32,000 nucleotides of DNA from Hymenobacter metallilatus. GTDB lineage: Bacteria > Bacteroidota > Bacteroidia > Cytophagales > Hymenobacteraceae. Positions 31,538 to 32,000 of this stretch are shown piece by piece (positions within the stretch are counted from its first letter, which is position 1; each line of letters starts with the position of its first letter). A program made the translations under genes and the position numbers. The DNA lies in the NCBI RefSeq assembly GCF_003944705.1, contig NZ_RWIS01000011.1, forward strand, positions 155,253-187,252. Reading direction: 5' to 3'. The notes under the pieces were generated by a model. It worked only from the letters and a program-made list of their open reading frames with translations, did no database searches and was not told the origin of the DNA.

Positions 31538-32000
31538 ATGGCATCTACTGAACAACCAATTGTAACCGCAGCCGCCACTCCCCGCAAACGCCGCGACCTG
31601 ACGCGCTTCGGGGCAGTGCTGCTGGGGCTGCTGCTACTCAACTTCCTCGGGGGGCTGTACTTCTTCCGCCTCGACCTCACGGAGGAAAAGCGCTACACCA
31701 TGTCGGCCGCTACCCAGACGCTGCTTTCGGGCCTTAAGCAGCCGGTTACCGTAACGGTGTACCTGGATGGCGACTTTCCGCCGGCCTTCCGCCGCCTGCA
31801 GCAGTCGGTGCGCGAAACCCTGAACGAAATGCAGGTGCACAGCGGCTCCAACCTGCACTACGTGTTCGTGGACCCCTCGGCGGCTGGCACCGAGAAGGCC
31901 CGCAACGACTACTACCAGACGCTGTTCAAGAAAGGCCTGAGCCCCACCAATCTGGGGGCCAACGAGAACGGCAAGCGCGTGGAGAAAATCATCTTCCCCT
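31538..32000 (+). CDS. gldG: Gliding-motility ABC transporter accessory protein GldG, 5' part (runs off the window)
   Basis: I translated this by hand: MASTEQP..RFGAVLLGLLLLNFLGGLYFFRLDLTEEKRYT.. (N-terminal TM plus the FRLDLTE.KRYT motif). The frame is open to the window end. Confidence 0.85.
   Translation, partial: MASTEQPIVTAAATPRKRRDLTRFGAVLLGLLLLNFLGGLYFFRLDLTEEKRYTMSAATQTLLSGLKQPVTVTVYLDGDFPPAFRRLQQSVRETLNEMQVHSGSNLHYVFVDPSAAGTEKARNDYYQTLFKKGLSPTNLGANENGKRVEKIIFP

Overview
This is a GC-rich Bacteroidota chromosomal segment. The gldA-gldF-gldG genes and the Bacteroidetes-type protein set suggest a Hymenobacter/Cytophagia-like organism, but the taxon is inference. I call about 31 CDS, almost all housekeeping or accessory metabolism. 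From left to right they are: a superinfection-immunity/SHOCT membrane protein overlapping a small HTH gene, two oxidoreductases, an EamA transporter, an FGE-sulfatase-domain protein, an outer-membrane barrel, aminopeptidase N, DUF5996 and an esterase. Next comes a minus-strand heavy-metal-type RND efflux locus ordered RR-HK-adaptor2-OMF-adaptor1-CzcA. After it come a TPR protein, etfBA, a bifunctional nuclease, a DinB/YfiT protein, mlaFE-like ABC genes, two SDRs, a GIN-domain lipoprotein and gldAFG (gldG truncated at the window edge). I saw no rRNA, tRNA, CRISPR array, transposase, integrase or recognisable defence gene. The unusual content is non-coding. (1) Two paralogous promoter regions in the efflux locus each carry four TCTAAT-type direct repeats in exact 11-bp register, next to an OmpR-family two-component system. 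(2) Nearly every intergenic or intercistronic spacer from about 14.3 kb onward is filled by a long nested palindrome. These belong to a few modular families (GTCATyCTGAGC, GAGACGCG double hairpin, GGAT-rich, CTAG-rich). Some have perfect 36-50 bp arms, and some have C-free 5' arms with G-free 3' arms that touch the flanking stop and start codons. Protein family names come from motif recognition only, because no database search was possible. Many long ORFs in the track are antisense artefacts of high GC.
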